This document shows, one piece after another, positions 1 through 14,239 of a stretch of 64,000 bases of DNA. Numbering within the stretch: the stretch's first letter is position 1; every line of letters begins with the position of its first letter. Source of the DNA: Balanoglossus misakiensis. Lineage: Eukaryota; Animalia; Hemichordata. Location: positions 10,655,483 through 10,719,482 of the forward strand of contig CM082582.2 in the NCBI GenBank assembly GCA_040954595.2. The letters run 5' to 3'. The notes beneath the pieces are model-generated. The model was not told the origin of the DNA and made no database searches. It worked only from the letters and a program-made list of their open reading frames with translations. Position numbers and translations under genes: made by a program.

Positions 1-129
1 CCCAACAACACAACCAAAAATATGTCAAAGTGATACCCCTTTAACAGGAATTTTCACTGAGTATGAATACTGTTATAGTATTATATCCACAATATACCAC
101 ACACATAATGTCACACCACAAGAACTCAC

Positions 130-321
130 ATTTTCGAACACTTGTTTCTGTTCATCGTTGAGGGCGAGTCGATAGATGAGTCCCAGAGAGTAGTAGCAGA
201 CGAGGAAGAGGGTAACCTCTTGCCACAACAGTTTGTAAATACTGCCTCTCCATACCACCAGCAGACGTGTAAAACTGAAGAACTTCGCCTCAGACACCCG
301 TAGTGAGTAACTGACGGTCAT
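130..321 (-). CDS. BEST: Bestrophin (Ca2+-activated anion channel), first coding exon; gene continues off the left edge
   Basis: MTVSYSLRVSEAKFFSFTRLLVVWRGSIYKLLWQE matches the bestrophin N-terminal signature (MTxxY...F.RLL..WRGSIYKLL..E); GTGAGT donor right after position 130 on the minus strand. Paralog not assignable. Confidence 0.9.
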
Positions 322-986
322 TGTGGAAATCGTCTCTCGCCGTTGCTGTGGTTAGACAGGAATGTACCTGCAGGCTGCACACACAATACAAATGTTTACA
401 AAGTGATTCATTGCCCGATCACAACTGAACTCCTCTCAGGCGAGATATAGAGTCACACGGCCGGTGATCAAATCAGGTTTTTCTTCTATCATGCGCCGAT
501 ATCACCTTACAAAACGTTGCAGTAAATTTACCGTTCCAAAATGTCAATTATCACCGCCTGTGTCACGCAATTCGCCAAGTAAATCAATCACTGTGAATCT
601 GTCGACTGCTACACTTAACCTCTGACCTTAGTACATAACGTAAAAGGGTATGTCAGCTTGTCAGCGTCACCTTGCGACATGTTACGGCTCATAGTGCCCG
701 CTTAATTGAACAGTTATTGATAATGTCAGTACAATATTCAATATTTTGAATTTTCTCCATCATTATGAAAATTGTTTTAACCAATTATCAGATTCCTCGC
801 AACAGAGCGAGTTTATTGTCGTCAATGCATACCTTCTTACGGCACAATAATAGTTTTCGTTCTGTGATCGATTTCACATGCATGTAGTCTTGAGATTCAC
901 GACAAATATTGTATTTCCCGGGGCCGATGGGTGATAGATGTACATTGCCTTGGTTACAGAGTTGATATAGAGTGTATTTCCCAAAT
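322..986. promoter_or_regulatory. Short divergent (probably bidirectional) promoter/5'UTR region between bestrophin and the NERD1-like gene
   Basis: Start codons at 321 (-) and 987 (+) point away from each other 665 bp apart; transcription starts not mapped. Confidence 0.5.
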
Positions 987-3900
987 ATGGAGCAAATTGG
1001 CAAAAGACTGGGAGCATTAACAGTTCGTGATCTGTGGCTTGTTGTGGTGTGTGCCATCGCCGTTTATTTACTGCGGGTTCGTGACAAATACACATTGCAA
1101 CCAGTATGGAGGTTAGATGTTGATACGTCAGGCTACGAAAATCAAGAATACGCGAAAGAATGGGAACAACTGTAAGTGTGTACTATCCATGATGTCGCCC
1201 CAATCACTTTACCAATATTGGATAAATTGATTGAAGTTGTTGTTTATGTTGTGTGGCCACGCCCACCACCACTACGACGATGATCATCCATCTCACATTT
1301 GAGTTTGTCATATTTTTCCCTTTCAGTCCTCCGCCCCTAATCACTGACATCGAGAGTGATGGAATTAATGGTAAGCAGAACACCAGGATTTTAATGTCAG
1401 AATAGTTTTGAAAGAAAAATTTTAACATTCTAAACATTGTGGCAATGCCAGCCATCATCATAATGTCACAGAAATAAAAAAGATGTCCAAGTGATGGAAA
1501 TTTTCACCCATTATACCTCAACAGAAATTGTCTTTGCTACCAGAGAACCCAAAATCAAAATTGCTGTTTCACCCCAGCCCAAGGGAACTTCAGTAATGCT
1601 ACCCTATCTCGAGATCCAGCATGAGGCTTCATTGAAAAGGCAAACCGCTCGCACTGGACAACCAGTTGCCATAGCAACAGGATATCTCGTGGAGTATCAA
1701 TCAATGCTTCAAATTCGAAAACAGGTTTGGAATTTAATACAGACCAGTTAACATTATTTTTCAACTTCAACTCACAGCAGCCAAGTAGAGTTGGCCAATG
1801 CAAAAACATTTCTTCTTTGTTATTTTTACAGGTGATAGTAGTTCTGACTGAGGATTGGTCAGTTCTGTGTTTTGACAGCCAGTTGAAATTACTCTGGGAA
1901 AACAAACTAGTAGACGGCCTTCATCCAAAATATTACATCAAGTAAGTAATCTTACATACTGTGAAAGACCAGTCAGAGTTTATAGTGTAGGAGTGGGAAA
2001 GGAAAGAATAAGCGTGTATAATTTGTCCTTTCTGTCTGTACTGTGACAGGGAAGCAGCTATTCTGGTCACGTCACACAATCTGAAGAAAAAGGATGGTGG
2101 CTTGGTGATCATCGGAGCAAGCATTACTGATAAACACCACCATGAAAGTAAACTTGTGTAAGTATTCTGTGTTAAGATGTATTCAAAAGTATGCACTGCA
2201 GCTAACATTATGGATTGCAAATTAATTCATTTGCCCATTCCTTTTATCCACACACACACAGACATGATCATCACAGAAGGATTGAAGACATCAGACCAAC
2301 GGATAGCGATGACGATGATGATGGCGATGGCAATGCACAGCGTGGAAAGGTGAAGAAATTCGGTCTGGGTCTATTTGTGGCTTACTTTCCTGCTCATAAA
2401 CAATTAGGGTGACTCAACTAGGGTTACAAGTTTAAAGAGTTTCTCTCTCTCTGTCATTCATGTCTGCAGGAGGGAGAGGCGGAGATCAACCATTTCTCAA
2501 CTTATGCCCTGTGCGGGAAAGACGGTTCCATCAGATGGCATCACCTGCCAGGAGATTTTGACGAGAATCTCAACAGAGATGAGGTGACGGACATGATTGC
2601 AAGTGCATTGCAAAGTGTTAAGTTCTGTGTAGACATCAAACATCATGTCATACTAAATGTATGTTATTGATCATTTTATTTTTCCAGGCTCTCTTCAAAG
2701 CCCATCATTTCAAATTGGCGCTGAAGAAAGGATTGACTCACAAAGGAGAATCCCATTGGACTCAGTACAACATAGCAATGCTGAACAGTTTGGTAAAGAA
2801 TCGTTCAAAATCTCTGATCATGATTTTACTGTAAAAAGACTAATAAACACTTCTGCACAGATTCTAAACATTGTTTGAACATTCATGCATCATTTAGAAC
2901 CCATCTCTTTGTTCATTTGATTTTATAGCCACACACTTGGCAGAGGCGAAGCGACACATCGATAGAATTCAGCAGATTTCTCAAAAGCCGAGGTGAAAAA
3001 TCCAAAGATTATGACAGCGCAGATGAACATGTCCTTGATTGTAAGTATGATGTTTGTAAACACGAACCTTGTATATACAGAATGACAACTGTGCTCTCAT
3101 GGACCAAGTTTCATCAACTATGTCTTGACTTCAACTCGACAGTGATTGGTCTAGATGAACAGCATTTGATTGGTTACGCGTTTGGTGGATTGAGACCACA
3201 CAGTGCCAGTGAACACATCAAGAATCCAAACTCTGTGGTCATACATATGAAAGAAGTAAGTCAATGACTAATGTGTGTTGCAATATTGATATCATATCAT
3301 GGTTGATAACAGTGCAAACTCCCTTATTAAGATAGTAAAAACAGCTAATGAGTTCATATATATTGTGTGTATACTAGGGTATAGAAGTCCTGAATCTGGC
3401 CAGTGGGCAGCCCATGTGTAGACTCAAACTTCAACAAGACAAGGGTGTCTATGTGGATGTCAACCAAGACACTATCATGGACCACGTCAAAGGTATGCAA
3501 ATTAGTGTGATCATGCTAAGTCTTATGTATTCTTCTCTTGATTGTGGAAAAAACATGTGCATAAAAATAAACCTTTTTTTTACAAAAAAAACCTTTTTGT
3601 AAAAAATATGTGTCATCTCATTGCAGCCCATTTCAGTGCCAGTCAAAGAAGCAAGGAAAACTGTCTGGCTGTTGTGAAGTCTGGCCATCCTCCCCACGCT
3701 CTTCTATTTAATGGATCCGTCTGTGAACCCCCAAGTTCTCTGAGTCTTTTGTCTCTGACAGGTGAGACGTGCATCTCTGTCTGACCACAATATGAAATGA
3801 AGGTCGCAGACAGTGTTCTCTGTCTGGTGTAACAAACTTATGTTCTTACACCAAGTGATTCATTGTCTTTTTCATGCTACATTTATTGCCAGGTGCAATC

Positions 3901-5105
3901 ACAGGTTACGAAGGAAGCAATCATTATGAAGACCTACACCATGCTGTGCCACCAGTCATTGTCAGGAGGTAGAGACAGATTTCTTCTCATCTTAAACTAT
4001 CTTTTTTTTTACACAGAATTTACTCACAGTTTCTGTACATACAAGAACTGATCTGCAAAAGACCCAATTGTTGGTTTCATTATTTTGTCACTGATGTGTA
4101 CATTTCTTTACAGTGTTGCTGAGAGAAGAGGGATCTGGAATCATCTTCTTGGAGAGTCCCAGTTGAGTAGAGCCAGTAAAGGATACGACAGTGTGTTCTT
4201 ACTCAGCAATGGCAGATTGACAAGCTATGGTCCCAGCGGTCAGTTCCATTGGCAGGTATGAACACAATGTACTGATGTGAGAATTGGTCACCTGTCAGAT
4301 GTCCATATGGGGTCACCATGTAGCTGACAAAATTGCATGTCACAAAAATGAGGCCAGCATCTTTTGTATTTTTCTCTCCAGATTGAAACTGCAGCTAAGT
4401 GGTCAGATGTTACTGAACTGCTTCGAAGACAGGCAAACCTCAACCCAGGTTTCACTCGCAGGGTGCATGATGCATTCGTGCCGAGTATGAAGTCATTGTC
4501 ACTGCAAGTGTATGCAAAAGAGGTGAGAAGTTGTACACATGGTGTAGGATGATACCACCCTTATCCCATGAGACACCTTGTCTGTCATCTCCATCATCCT
4601 CGCCCAGCTTGTATGGTGTATAGATTACTCACAAAATTAAAGCCTAAACTTGGCGTATTGGGATATTTATCTTTTCCAGAATGTTGTTATTTTGACCGGC
4701 TGGGATCACATGGTCCTGGTGTCTTTGAAAGATGGCAGAATTTTGGCTGAACACACATTGCCATGCCAACCATCAGCGCCAGTGGTGATTGGTGATTTTG
4801 ACAACAACGGATGGAATGACATCATCGTACAGTGCCAGGCAAGGTGTGTACTGATTTGACTTGTTCAGAGCCACTCATTGACAATGCAAATTGAACTCTG
4901 ATAAAAACCATGCTGTATATCTCTGTATTTTTCTTTTGTCTGCAGTCAGCTGGGCTTTTCCCTCCAGAGGTACACCGGATACTGGACCACCGCGATGATC
5001 GGAGCCATGGTCATCGTCGTAGTGACAGCACTGACGTCGATATTCAGCAATCTCGAAGAGGAGGGTGATGAGAACGGGGACCAGAACCAAGATGGGACCA
5101 GCTGA
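987..5105 (+). CDS. FG-GAP repeat membrane protein of the NERD1/At3g51050 family (multi-exon)
   Basis: GT-AG exons splice in frame (987-1171, 1327-1370, 1525-1724, 1832-1941, 2050-2157, ... last 4946-5105). Peptides: RDLWLVVVCAIAVYLL; LPPPLITDIESDGINEIVFAT; KQVIVVLTEDWSVLCFDSQLKLLWE; LPHTWQRRSDT; PNSVVIHMKEGIEVLNLASGQPMCRLKL; DVNQDTIMDHV; GDFDNNGWNDIIV; C-terminal TM. These follow the order of motifs I recall for plant NERD1. Confidence 0.85.
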
Positions 5106-7254
5106 CAACAGCTTGAACTCAGAATTTGCCTCTACAGGCTGTATTCCTCAGAGTATTTATTTGCTGTAACCATGGCAGCCAGTGTGGTGGTGTACATCTT
5201 TGTGGTTGTCCTGTATCTGACTGTGTTGTACTACAAGTGATATGCATTGTAATTTTGGATGATAAAAAAAGCATACGGGAAGCTCAAAAGACTTGCTTTT
5301 AAAAATTCAGTGGTGACCCAGCTTTTTCGTCGATGCAATGTCGTCACCATGTATATTATAATTGATCATGGGAGATCATGTGCTCGTAGTAGATGACGCT
5401 GTTTGAGAGAGAATCGATTGTGGCTATATGTCACAAAAAAGCCAGACCATTTTTCCTGGTGTACATTTGAATAAGTTTTTATCAGTAATGTGAAATAATG
5501 TTTTAAAATATTAAATGCAACCTGGCACGAATTTGCACACAAGGCAAGGGCAACTTTTATGGCATCCCTATCGTTTGAGTTATTTTATTTTCCAACCTCA
5601 TTGCTACTGTGAACCAACAGAACTTGATTTGTTCAGATAAAAACAACACAAACTCCACGAGAGTTCGTTCTTCCAAACAAGTTTTAATACTATAAAGCAG
5701 ACTTCAGATTTTCGTCCTCCATACAATAAAATCTCACAGGATAAATATGATGGTATGATTGTTGAATTTCTTTATATAGAATCTCAAAAGATTTACAACA
5801 CGCGGAAAACAAGTGTCCTACACTACAACCTCTAATCTTGACCTTCGCTGTGATCACCTGACCCAACCTTGAACTCAATGGTATCTTCGGGGCAAAACAC
5901 TAGTTTTTTTTTCGTACCATCTCATGCCATGGTTGATAAATTCTAGGTGTCAATTTCAAAGTTGTAGCATGGTTTGAAACACAAAACCCTTTCCCCATAA
6001 CAAGGAAAGGGTCATCACTCTCGTACCTACCAATGGCTACTACAAGTTCTGTACACATGCCATTATGTGAGACGCACATGCGGGACTTAAACTTACGTAA
6101 AATTTACACTTCCGAGTTCAATATCTTATATTTAATTTGACACACCGATGATGAATGTATGAGAAACGATCTACAGAAACACTACAGTATTTTCACTTGT
6201 GCAACGTCCCAGCATCTTGACTCTCTAGGGTCAACTACATGTACACACTAACCAATCTGTCACAGGATCTGGATGGATGAGAAAACATCGCATCACCACG
6301 GACAACATACCACACCTCTAACGATAGACTAGCAAAACTAAAATCAATAAAACCATTCTACAAATACATCCCCAACACTGCATTTTTACACCAAATAAAA
6401 TGTAATGAAATTTAAACCATTTGAAATGAGTTGAAAAAATTATCTGTACATTTTACAAGGATTTCTCGAAGTATCAACAATCCTATTTATTTATGTTACT
6501 ATTTTAATTTTTTTCTGTACACACACCAGAAAGACTTGCTCTTGATCCTGGTTATTGACCCCCAACTCAGGCATTGACCTTTAACCTTGTTTCTGGTGTG
6601 AAGAACTTTCTCAGTCCTCAAGCTCTTCAGCCATACCTGTGTTTTTAGGTGCTGGAATATTTCGGGAAAACAGGTCTCCACGCTTACCGTATTTACACTA
6701 TGTTTGATTACCTTTTCCCAACTACTTGTGAAATTTCAACAAAGTCACAGAAAGACATTGAAGGATCTACTTTGCATTCTGATTGTGAAGATCAATCTAT
6801 TTATAGTGATGTAGAGGTGGACAGGATTTCTCCAATTGCCTCAGGATCGGGGAAACACCTCTAGTTGTCCCCTTCATTCTGTCTTCCATGCCCAAATATG
6901 GGTGAGGGTTGTAAGGAGATCTTGAGTTTGAAAAATTACCGCGACTGACTTTGGCATGCATTCATAACAAATCAACAAATGTATTCTTTGGTTTCTCGAT
7001 TTTAAGTTGTCATGATTTCTGCTCTGACAGTGCACTGGAGCAGTCCCCTCTCAGTTTGTCAACAGATTCGTCAGGGCTTGTGTCACACTACTCCTATAAA
7101 TATCTCCCTTGCTACCTTGTAACACCGTCACTAAAAATCAGCTCATCAAATGAGGTTCTGTCTCTTCCGGCTTTTAATTTAAAACCAGTCTTGGAAGAAG
7201 AATTCTAGATGATGTCATAGGTCACCAGCAGGTCAGGGTGCAAAGGGTTTAATG

Positions 7255-10200
7255 CTACGACGATACGTCGTTGACAGTTACCAGGTAGGGGCCATCTTGC
7301 CTTTGTTTGATGAGCTGGGGGGCCTCCTCCTGGGGAGTCACGTCCCAGTCCAACAAGTCCTGACTACCCTGTTTGCGGGTCGGCCCGCTGGCCGCAATCT
7401 TAGGCTTGACTACACACACGCTGATGTTGCTCAAATTAAAAAGTCCTGGTTTGCACGCGCAAGCACGCAGTTGCACAGTCTGGTTCTGCTGGGCAGGGAT
7501 GCTAGCATGAAACGAGGTCTGCGAGACCCAGCTGAAGTCGGTTGAACTGGCCGATGAATTGGACGCGTAGTAGTTGTCTGCCTGTGTATTGCTTAGATCT
7601 GCCCCATAACTGTAAAATGAAACAAAGAAACAACTGTTACGAAAAGAAAACAATGTGGATGTGATTATAAATGTTAAAATGGTGGGAATATCACTGTGGC
7701 CAATAACAACAATTAACTGTGACGCTGCAAAATGGCTGAAACACTCACCTGTCATAGGGGTTGCTACTCTGCAGGTTGACAACCACTTCAAGATTTGATT
7801 GACAGCAATTATGTAAATGAAGTTTCACAGGTAACATACATAACCTGGGAAGAAAGAGAGACACACAGGCATGTACAGGTGTCAATTTGGTTTTTCAGGC
7901 AAGTTCCATCTCTTAGGCACACAAAACAGCAATGCTGATAAACTTACCTCGATTTTTTGAAGTGGTGGTTGTTGGTCTGCGTGAACTCCAGCCTGTACTG
8001 AACAAGCTGCGACAGAGTGTCTATGCTCGGATCATCCTCGACTTCCCGTTCCACCTGCTTGATGAACTTGATTGGAGGTTGCTGCTCCATAAGCTGTTCA
8101 AATCAGATTGGATGAGAAATTAAATTGAAAGAGGTGCGAAGTAACCACATGACTTTGCCTGATGTTCTCTAATAATATGCTGGATATTATTTCACACAAA
8201 ATTTCGACTTCTATTCAATTTTCCTTTGCTCACCTTAGTAAGAGGTTGTGATGATTCCAACTGCTCTATGACAGTGATAGGTACGTGATGTTGACCGCTG
8301 ATAACCTGACTGTTGCCATAGTCATCTACAACAAACGCCTGTGTAGAGAAATACATTTCAAGTCAATTTTACACATGTACACAAATATACCAATAAACTG
8401 AATACGAACATTGTTGTTCTTACTGAGTTGTTATATTCCTATGGAAATGAAAATCCTTTACACTGATGGTTGACAACCTTGACTTTAACTGACCTTCCAG
8501 AGCACAATGAGGGTCATTCTGACATCCACGGCCGACTCCAGTTTGGCCTTGCAGTCCTCAACAGAGAAACTGGTGTCGGTGTCCGTGTCAGGGGTCAGTA
8601 TGTCCATGGGCGTGCTGGTGCTGCTCTTGGCGTTGGAGAAGAGCAATAATGCCGATGGTGGCAGCCCCTTGGACCAGAAGTAGAAATCTGAACAGGGCGT
8701 CCTGGAACTGTCAATCTGAATGAAAACAATACCACAATAGATCAGTGTTCATATAATTTAAAGACAGAAAAACTAGATCCTTCATTTACAGCACACATCA
8801 ACACAAGGCAATCTTACCTCTTGGTCTTTACTGAAGACAACATTTGTGAAAATGACTTCCTCGCTAAAATCACCTGAAAAAAAGAATGAAGATATATTCA
8901 ATCAAGAAAACTACTTCACTTCCTTTGTCTGTTTAGATCTTACTTGAAAATCCACCATTATGGAAAATATGTACAGGACAGTGTTTTTCTAAATATGACC
9001 AAAGTGATAATAATCTATGCCTACCTTGTACAGTTGGACATTTCCTAGCTTTCAAACACATCAGACATGCTTCTCTGGGATTTATTTTAATATCTGAAAA
9101 ATAAATGTCCAGACAATCAATGCAAAGTGTGCTACTATCATACAATTTGCAATTCTACATAGGCTGAAGATGAAGACAAGATTCTTACCTGATGCCTGAC
9201 TTGTACTAAGATGTGTCAGTAACCACTGTTTACTCACACAGGAAGCTTGCTCTATGCTGAACTCAGTGATATCTGCATCGTGGAGCTGAGAGAAAAGGTC
9301 AAATATCTGCCGTTATTCCACGGAAATTACAGCAGAGTGAATACTTATAAACCACACAAAACACTGAGTTAATAAGCATAGAATCCTTTACACTTCACAT
9401 TTTGTAATAAGTTAGAAATAACTTACTTGATTCATATTTTCTACTTCTAATGATACCAGTAAAGTGTCATCTGAGGTCGCAGACTGACTTTCATTCTCAT
9501 TGGAAGATCCTCGTTTGGCAGTTGTCCTCAGTGAGATCGAGTTCTTGGTGTCTATGACTGCAGTGTGACGTAACACTCGGTGTCTGAATATAATAAATGA
9601 AAGGAAACATTGGTTTTGATTGCAGCACTGTGACAAAAATGATGTACAACAGACACAGTACCTGCAATGTTTCCATAGAAATTTTTTGAATTTTTTTTAC
9701 ATATCTATACCAAATGAATGGAGACAAAATTCAACCCATTACCTCATAATCTCATTTTCTTCAACCGGCTCATAATAAAACAACAGGTTGACCTCGTGCC
9801 TTCCGCTTGTCTCCGGTCCCCTCACCCACATGGGCAATGTGACGCTTGCCCCTGGGGCCAGTATCCTGTCTGGCAGGGCTACCTCTGTCACATAGGACAG
9901 TTCAGACACAATGCACCTGTGTTGCTGACCACGCCCTTCCTTGGACAAAGTCCTGTATGCATGCTGGTTTGTTGGGTTCACCTCGTTCATGAGTCCAAAA
10001 GTAAAGAATTCCGGGTTTTTCGAAGACACGTAGAGTTTGTTCAGCGCGCATTTTCCGACGTTGGTGAATTCCACGGTTGTTTGCTGGACTTCGCCGCACA
10101 GCATGGAGGTAGGGAAGTGGCTGAACGCTACCTGAATGGTCAAAAAAGACAAGAATACTGTTATGCATTTATTCTGACATTGCAACTGATGAGCAAAGAC

Positions 10201-13200
10201 TCAGAGCATTTTCCTTACCATGCTCATCCCCACTTCCAAATGGAACTGCCCATCTGACAATAGTGGAGACTGGGAATATACCATTTTAAAAGTTCTCAAG
10301 GTAGGATAGCACGGCAAAACATCATCAAGCGGTTATAAACCAACGTTACTTACTTGTAAGAGGGGCATTGGAGGTGCTATGATGGGATCGAGTCTTCTAT
10401 CAGGGCCGTAAACGATGCCAGCTCTCTCCGTCTTGGAGCTGTTCATCCTCGGCCCCTGCACGTCCAGATCCTGTCTACCCCTGACTGAAATGCCACTGGC
10501 GTAGCTGGGCTTCTTGTTTTTGGACTGCAACGGGCTGTTTGATTGGCTGTCCTTACTTGTGTCTATGAGCGGAGGCGGCGGATTGGCTGGCGGTGTGGTA
10601 CCCAGATTGTAGGATACCCCCATGATGTGCATCTCGCCCGTCTGTTGTGGTGTCACTGTCAACCGTACCTGCAGAGTTTGTAGAGGTTTTTTTAGTCAAT
10701 GTAAGGCATTGTGAGAACACTATGGTTTCCAGATCAAAGTGACTTTGGTTCAGAGATTCGATTTGATTTGATTAAAATTGATGAGGGGGACGGAGACTTA
10801 CAATTTTACTTTCACTCCCACTGAGGATAAAAGTTGGAATATTCTGTGTTTCCACCACAGTATCGGCAAATGACATCTAAAAATAGAATAAGAACAGCAC
10901 AAAGTTACACACGTAGCAGAATGATACACACCCAACCAAGGTGTAAGGTCACTCAAGGGTCGTGAAAGTGGCCTACAATCTAAGAAAAACTTTGAAACTG
11001 ATACTGAAGTCAACCGTACCTTAGCACCGCTATCACCTTCATTGGAAATCATGGCCGACTGCTGTCCAGGGTTCTCATCATTTTCCACCAGGTACTTCAT
11101 CGGAAGGAATTTCCAGATCAGGAACATGTCGGTCAAAACTAATGGAATCTTCAAAGGGTTGACTAACCTCACTTCAAGGGTAATGGGTTCTGTATAATCA
11201 AGGATATAAAAAGGTTTTGATCTGAGGGGAACTCTGGAATTACTCAAGTATTGGGACATTAAGATAATAATTTTTTGTGACATCATACACGTATATCATC
11301 AACCAGGAAGACAAAAACGAGATGAGACAATATCAGCAAGACTCACCGCCAATGACGGCCACCGGGTTGTAGGCATTGTTAGTCTGCTGGGAGAATAATT
11401 GCACTGTGGGTCGGTAGTTGTACGGCATAGAGTTCTGTTTGCTGGACACCTTGACAGCAATGTCTTCCAAGTCTTTCCACTTGTCTGCATCCTCAGGGTT
11501 GTAGTCTTCATCAAACCTCACAGAACTGGCACTCACTTTGCCCGCTGTTGGGGACGAAAAAAAAATATGAGTGAAATTATCCCCTCCTAGTTATTTCCCT
11601 TAGATTTACAGACAAGAAATTGTGTCTATCAATTTTCATACTTCTTATTCTCACTATCAAAACACAAAAACATATATCCACTGCATGAACTTTGACCCTT
11701 ATTTGTTTGTTATTTCCTGTTTGATTTCTTGACTCACCTGGCAGTTTCACTCTGATGGCACTTCCCAGCAGTACTTGGGTGGCGGTTTTGTCGATGACTG
11801 GTAAGGGTAACTGAGGTAGAATTCCAATTTGTGATCCTTCATTGGCTGCTAACATTAATTGTTGCTGAAAAAGTGAAATCAAAAATATTTAAAAATCTTA
11901 TTATCACACATTGTACCAAAAACAGAAGAATGTATCTAACACTAACACAGAAACGTTGTCAAAGAAACAGAACACTCCAACTTACCTTAAAGACAAATAA
12001 ATATTCCCTGAGGAATGCAGCCTGCTGTGGGGGAGTCTGTCTGCTGTCATTGGTCAGGAGATGCTTGAATGCTGCAGTGGCGTTATCAAGCTGTTTCAAA
12101 TTAAACGACTGTCTTCCAATTGTAAAATTTATATGATCCTGCAAAGAGATTATAGTATAGGAATTTTGAAATACAGGACACTTCAACAAATCGTTTTTTT
12201 AACTAATTTTTATGTTATATTTTTTTAAATATTGACTGGAATGACCAACCTCTGCTAGTGTCCATCCCTTCCCTTTGTACACCTGCAGTGCTTGGCTGTA
12301 AGACCTGAGAGCATGTTTTCTCTGTAAAACAATATATTATTATTAGTTTGTAGTATTCAAGATTTGCTTTTACACATCTGTCTGTCCACACACAAGCACA
12401 CAATCATATTCATAAAGCCAATATTACACACAGCCAAACTCACCTGGCCAGCTTTGCTGTACCTGTGCCCTGCCAGAATCATATGGAAGGCATATTTCCG
12501 CACCATTGGTTTGCTCATGTTGATGAAGCAGTGAGCTGCCTGCTCCAACAACACGGCGCTTCTCAGATCGGAATCCTGAAATTAAAATAACTGACATGAG
12601 AGATGGCATACATCAATCATTCTAAACATCTGTAGTGCTGTATCAAAACATAACAAGTCTAACAAGTGTCATTGATCTGTTTTTATCTCACCTCACTCGT
12701 CATCCTGATGAACTGCATAGCAGCGTCTGCATACATACTTCTTGATTTCAGTGCCTCTGTACTCAGTAATGTAGCCCTGGTTGCAAACTGTGCATTCCTG
12801 TTATAATAAAGCCAAGAAAATATTCGGTGTTATGCCAAATATACATGTATCTATCAGTCACTCTTTTTTTAAAAATCTGATTGTATCAATGTTTAGTTAG
12901 GGCTAGGGTTAGTACTAGGGTAAGTCTCCTATGGGTAAAATTGTCCAGGGGGTGACTGCCCTAGCACTAGAATCACTGGAAATACCTACTTGCATGTGCC
13001 CAGGTATGTAGTGATGGCACTTTCCATGTAATGAGTTGGAAACGATCTCTGTGGGCTGCTTTGCATGAACAAGGATACCGCTGCCATTTCCTGCAGATAA
13101 AAGAAATACAGATAGTTTTAGATTCATCAATTATTAACCCACTCAGGTATAAACTCTATTTTATGGAGCTGAATTTGGGTATGTTACCAAGAAATATAAG

Positions 13201-14187
13201 GCCTGAAATACAACACCACTGTACTCACCAATGCACCAGCAAAGTACATCCATGCGTTGTCGTTGTTGTAGTCTCGTTTCGCTGAATGGAAGGACTGGTA
13301 CGCCAGCTCATAATTCTGAACCAAGAACGCCAGGTCACCCAGTCTCCTCATCTGAAGTTCCGGAGACTCAAGGGGATATCTGTCCAAAATAAAAGCATCC
13401 TGACTGCTGTAATGTTCATGTTATAAAAAATAGGGTCAGACCTCAGCAGAATTCTCCAAGGCCTAAATGGACTCACAGGCACAACATCACTGCAGATAAA
13501 TTGAAGAGACTTACTTGACACCTGCCGTGGACAGCGTTTGAGCCGAATGACTTCCTTGCTTGTTGCCCCCAAAGAAACGTTTTGTCGCTGAGAAGAACGA
13601 CCTCTGAATTCCTTTCCTGGACGCAAGCTGGCGGTAAATTAAAAAAAAATGTTTTGACAATCCACAACCAGTACTGAGTGGTCACCAGGGACTAACCTAT
13701 CATAAAGAAGCATGAGGTACACTTTGGACCCATCAATCTCACCTGCTCGCTTAATATTCTAATCTGCCTTTCCATGTATCCCAGCAGGCCTCGCACAGTG
13801 AACTCGTGGATAAAAATCCGAAGTCGATCCCGGTCGCTGGGAGTCAGACACTCTCCGTGACCGTCGGCCGACTTGCCACCACCCGCAGCGGGTCGTTGGT
13901 TCAACTTGTTCATCATACTGACATTCTGCACTGACGACGTTTGCTGCGATGAAGATGACGATGTTGGCGGCGGTGGTGTGAGTTCGTCGATGGAGCCTGC
14001 CCTCTCCCTGTCCTCGTCCGGCGTCAGAGGATGTGTGAAGACTATAGTGGGCACTGTTGATGATGTCGATGTTGGTGGCTGTGTTGGTTGAGGGGGCGGT
14101 ACCTCTTTGTTGTCCACTTGCTGTGGCAGTCCCATTGATATCGTCTCGTTGATGTCGTCCACTGCACAAATAAAATCACAAAGTTTA

Positions 14188-14239
<52 letters not shown>

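Noticed and set aside
5986-6011. Small hairpin preceded by ATGA on the minus strand, SECIS-like
   Set aside because: No 3' GA quartet or apical AA, and no in-frame UGA in the neighbouring genes.
7749-7768. Apparent 20-nt microexon in TRAPPC8
   Set aside because: It is the 3' end of a normal exon starting near 7844 (RLCMLPVKLHLHNCC...), which fits TRAPPC8 homology.
12895-12970. TTAGGG-like run plus GC patch in a TRAPPC8 intron
   Set aside because: Only two or three degenerate units; probably a repeat remnant, not a telomeric array or telomerase template.
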